A program made the translations under genes and the position numbers. Shown piece after piece: positions 60,027 through 64,000 of a stretch of DNA of 64,000 nt (the first letter of the stretch is position 1; every line of letters starts with the position of its first letter). Where the stretch lies: contig DF237419.1 of NCBI GenBank assembly GCA_000708835.1, positions 1-64,000 of the forward strand, given 5' to 3'. A model generated the notes under the pieces. The model was not told the DNA's origin. It searched no databases and saw only the letters and a list, made by a program, of their open reading frames with translations. Source of the stretch: Klebsormidium nitens (lineage: Eukaryota; Plantae; Klebsormidiophyceae).

Positions 60027-61654
60027 TCAGTGCTTTAATGGTCCGGGTCCTGCCGCCGTTGAGCTCGTAGCAGGACCCTTGCCTGCTTTGGGAGTAGTCG
60101 GAAGTTCGAAAATTCTGAATACCTAAGTTATGTAGCATGCGTAGCCTAGTGGGGTTATGGCATACCGCTAGGTATTGGGACAGACTCCCTGTAATGAGAA
60201 AGGGGAGCAGGATTAGTAGCCACGATATCAGCTGCAGTCGGCAAGCTCAGTAAGCTCGTGCACTGGATCAAAAGTCTGGCAGTTTATCATGTAACAGAGG
60301 GTTACGGACCAGCCTTCCGCACCCCGTGCTTTGTGCATCAGGGCGCTTCTCGATGGAGACATTAAACGTTTTAGGTGGTTGCTACGAGAGGGGCGGCATC
60401 TCGTTTAGGCGCACCGCATGCGCATTGATGTCCTGCCTGCTTTGATCCAAACAAAACGGGTAAACGAGCAGCGAATCGCAGGTGACAAGCACTCCCCATG
60501 ACCCTTGTAAACACCAGTGATGTAGACGTCCCTGTTTGATTGCACATTGGGCGTTTGATGTCATATTGTCAACTTGTAAATGCAATCCAAGATTTTCCTT
60601 GATACATACTCATGGCGCTTCACTATTCAAAACCTGGTATGACTTTGCGACTCCATTATCAGATTATCAATGCCCACGATCTGGCAATTAATAGCACTGC
60701 ATGCCCAAATCGTGGGCATTGCATGCATCGCTTCGCTCTCACTTACAAGTCGATCTCAATTGTCCATGCGGCTGATCACTCCAATTCCCCTATAGCTCGT
60801 TGGCAAAGCGGCCGCCCGAGACTCGCAGGGCCAAATCATGCCGCCAGAAACGCGCATGATGGTTGCCTTTCAAACACTGTAAAATCTACGATACTTCACG
60901 TAGGAAAATGGACGTTCAGCGGTACATTTGCTTTTATATATGCATGCACCTGAACATGTGCATTGCATGTTGTATATAGTGATGGTCAAGGGTCCGATCT
61001 ATGAAATGATTAATTGCAAATATGGTCAATGCACACATGTGCAACAACTCGAAGGCCAAAAGGACTTAAGTAAATGAATACGGAAGCCCATCATCACTGC
61101 ATGGCGGCTGCAGACACGACTCAAACGAGCCCTTAAGGATCGATCGGATCAGAAATGGTCCTTGATCGATCGTGTGTCTACGATGGCGGGCTGTCAATGT
61201 TGGTCGCTATCGTACATTTTAGTGTTTAAGTCGATAATTCGTCGGCGGTGGGTCGAACAGAAGAGTGACAACGTGGCGGTGAGTCGAACCCGGATAGAGT
61301 GACAACCCGGCCGTGAGACATGGTGCCCGTCGATCTCAAGGGACTGTTCCTACAGTCTCCGCTGTATGGGTGGAGCTTGCTGCAAAACCCGTTTGTGGGC
61401 ATGCACACAACCGTTGAACACATCGTATTAATCAGAAGTGTCAGCAGTAGAAAAAAGAAAAGGGTTTCTGTTTCTTGTCATTTTAACGAACGGTAAGAGG
61501 AGTGTATTGCAAAACATTGTATCGTGTTTTGTTTCCACTTTCAAAGATTGTTATATTTATTGTATGACTCCTATTCTCGGACACCCTATACGACGGTATA
61601 CAAGGCAACATCAAGACAGCTTCTCATGTCTCATGCCCAACGTTCAGAAGTGTC

Positions 61655-63492
61655 TCATTGTTGTGAAGATGAGGACAAAATCTTGTGTACCAACTCGCCC
61701 AAGTTGTGGTCCTCAATCGCTTTCACCGCCCTCTCAATCGCCGTCCTTGCCAGCTGCCGCACCCGCTCACCCCCTTTCCCCTCCTCGATCAGACTCGCCA
61801 TGTTGACCGCTAGGCAGAAATTGTACAACACCCCAAACTTGTAGTCCTCCACCAAGTCCTCAAAATCGTACCCCGCAAGCCGCTCCTGCATGCCCTCAAC
61901 GTCCTCGGCGTCCGAGCCGTGCAGCGCCCCCCAGTACGCGTGTAGCAGCTTCTTCTCGTGCTCCCGTCGCACCGCGGGCTCCAAGCTCTGGCTCAGAAAG
62001 TACCCCACGTCGTGGGCCCCCCTCCCCGCGCAGCAGTCGCCGAAGTCAATGTACAAAAGGTTGGGCTCCTGCGTCACCCCGGCCGCGAGCGGCGCGGCCT
62101 TGTCGGCGTCCGCCTTCCCCCGCCGGATGTACACGTTGTCCAGGCGCAGGTCGCCGTGGAGGAGCGATCGGGGGGATCCCCCGAGCCGCTCGAGCAGCCC
62201 GGGGGCGGCGTCGGGGAGCTGGCTGAGGGGCGAGAGCAGGTGGTCGGGGATGACCCCCGGGAAGAGTTTGAGGGCGCGCGGCCAGGCGGTGCGGTACTCC
62301 TGGGGGTCGAACGCGAGGAATCGGGGCTCGTGCAGCTGGGGCAGCCAGCGCCACGTGTCGAGGTCGGGGGAGTTCCAACAGAGGGCCTGAAGAAGGTTTG
62401 GAAGGAATTTGGAATGGTTGCCCTTGGTAACCACTGGAATCCAAAAGCGACAGTGAGGAACACGCGATTTTTGATTAAACAGGTGGAAAGAACGGCATGC
62501 GAGCTTGTTCGAATTCCCTCGAACGGACTTCGCTCAGTCGATGAACGCTTGGCTCAGATTATCGACATCAGAAACAAATGCAGGCGAATGACATTGAAGG
62601 GGTGAGTGTCAGCAATGTCTCTAAGTACCCGGCCCCCGCTGCCTGCTTTGACCCAAGGTCAACCAGCCACTAGTTGTTTCAGGAGCGTAAAAGCAGGTCA
62701 ACTTTAGCCCATATGTGTTGGAAGCAGTCAATCGATGCTTCGAGGACTGATGGAATTGGAGGTTGGGAGTCGAGATCCTTTTTCGCTACGTGTCCCTTTC
62801 CCAGCTTTTTGGTCCTGCAAGTGTTCAAACCTTCGAAGATGCTTCAAGGTGCCACATAGCCGGCGCTTCCCTCCAACCACACCCATGTGCGAACGAATGT
62901 CTCGAATAATTGTTCAAGGCCTCAGCCGTACTAACCACGATTTTCCTCCCGAAATTCCCAGGCTTTCAACGCCTTCGGAATCTCAGCAGCAGTAGATAGG
63001 GACCCTTTCATTTGCACGAGCTACGAAGAGATCCACAAGTACACCGAACCAGAAACAATCGAACAACACCAAAAAGTTCGCAATCGTTTTACCCACGTGA
63101 AAGCGCCCAATGTCCTGCATGACCCCGAGCGCCTCATCGAACGTGGCCCCCTTGATTTGGTCCAAAGGTTCAAAGTCTGAGACGTCCTGCATCAGGATGC
63201 ACAACCGAGCAGTGTCCGGTTCGTACTCGCAGAAGTAGATCTCGGGCGTCCGGATTGGCACCTTGTGGCGATTGACGGTTGCAGGGGTGGCTGCGGGGCG
63301 AGTGCCGAAATTCTGGTAGAAACGGGCCTCTCGCTCGTAGCTTCCATTCCTGTGGGAGATGAGGGGAAGACTTCTGAACGTTCTGCTTTGCTTGAGTGGT
63401 CCAGGCATAGCTCCTGACCGGAATAGTAGAAAGAAAATGTGGGAATCCAACTGGTAGATCAGCTCCTGGAACTCGCCTCCTCTATTGTGCCC
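61655..63492 (-). CDS. EcKL/aminoglycoside-phosphotransferase-like small-molecule kinase; 5' part probably outside the window
   Basis: Exon 63349-63097 GSYEREARFYQ...PEIYFCEY...LCILMQDVS...GATFDEALGVMQDIGRFH. Exon 62386-61655 with the catalytic motif SLLHGDLRLDNVY and YIDFGDCCAGRGAHDVGYFL...RREHEKKLLHAYW. A possible small upstream exon at ~63492-63452 is uncertain. Confidence 0.85.
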
Positions 63493-64000
63493 TGTGAAGC
63501 GATGGCATCGATGAGCTAGTCAGATTCGCACAATGGTTGCAGGATGATAGCCAATGTTTTTAGGGAGAAGTTTTCGAAAAATTTCAGTAATCATAGGTTC
63601 TGGCACCAGATACAAGGGCTGCATTTGGGACAATATCGAGGTTGTCACTTCTTGCATTCAATCACTCAGAAGGACTTGCTGCTTACTGCAGAACTCACCA
63701 AATTGTTTATAAACAAGACATTGAAACAGGTGATGCCCTTTCAAGCCTCTGGAGGGGCTTCGTCTGTGCTTCAATTGAGCAACATACAAGTTGCTTTCCC
63801 CTTCTTATGGAAAGGGCAGACATGTAAGTATGAAGTAAAGTTCCAAAGGCAGTCCGCTTTCTCTGTAGGAGACTATCTCCTGAACTTTCCAGAAACGATT
63901 TGAGGTTTCCCAAAGACTACCACTGGTTAAGGGACTGACGAGCATGCTTGTTCTGCGCTCCAGAATACGACTTGTGAGAACTTCATATGAAGCGGTTAAT

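Noticed and set aside
61890-62605. Overlapping plus-strand ORFs of 166 and 215 aa
   Set aside because: Antisense to the kinase exon, which carries the recognisable motifs.
1-64000. tRNA, rRNA, snRNA genes, or autonomous transposase/RT ORFs
   Set aside because: None recognised by eye; a covariance-model scan would be needed to exclude small ncRNAs.

Overview
Eukaryotic, intron-rich (GT-AG) nuclear DNA with GC-rich exons, not a prokaryotic locus. The genes (thylakoid rhodanese-like protein, plant-type NIPA8 and DnaJ-Jiv90 proteins, flagellar dynein assembly factor, VPS10 receptor) point to a streptophyte green alga, Klebsormidium-like (inference). I reconstructed nine protein-coding genes by eye from splice sites and codon phases: PDCD2-like; intronless F-box/kelch-like; bacterial-type PH + SHOCT protein; TROL-like protein; VPS10/sortilin-like receptor; a second intronless F-box; DNAAF1/ODA7; DnaJ-Jiv90; NIPA8-like Mg transporter. 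A partial EcKL/APH-type kinase runs off the right end, and there is one F-box pseudogene and one inverted gene-fragment duplicate. The best candidate for an undescribed system is the 9-exon, 1089-aa TROL-like gene (15659-22804, minus strand). It joins three Trp-rich repeats, the TROL membrane/rhodanese core, a 514-aa acidic spacer and a C-terminal CBM25-like starch-binding module that replaces the FNR-binding tail, which suggests a thylakoid-starch (possibly pyrenoid) tether. Four genes have intronic, decayed tandem copies of their own splice junctions. Two unrelated genes share an almost identical 22-nt acceptor cassette. The palindrome TGACGTCA is about ten-fold over-represented. All family assignments are motif recognition without database searches.
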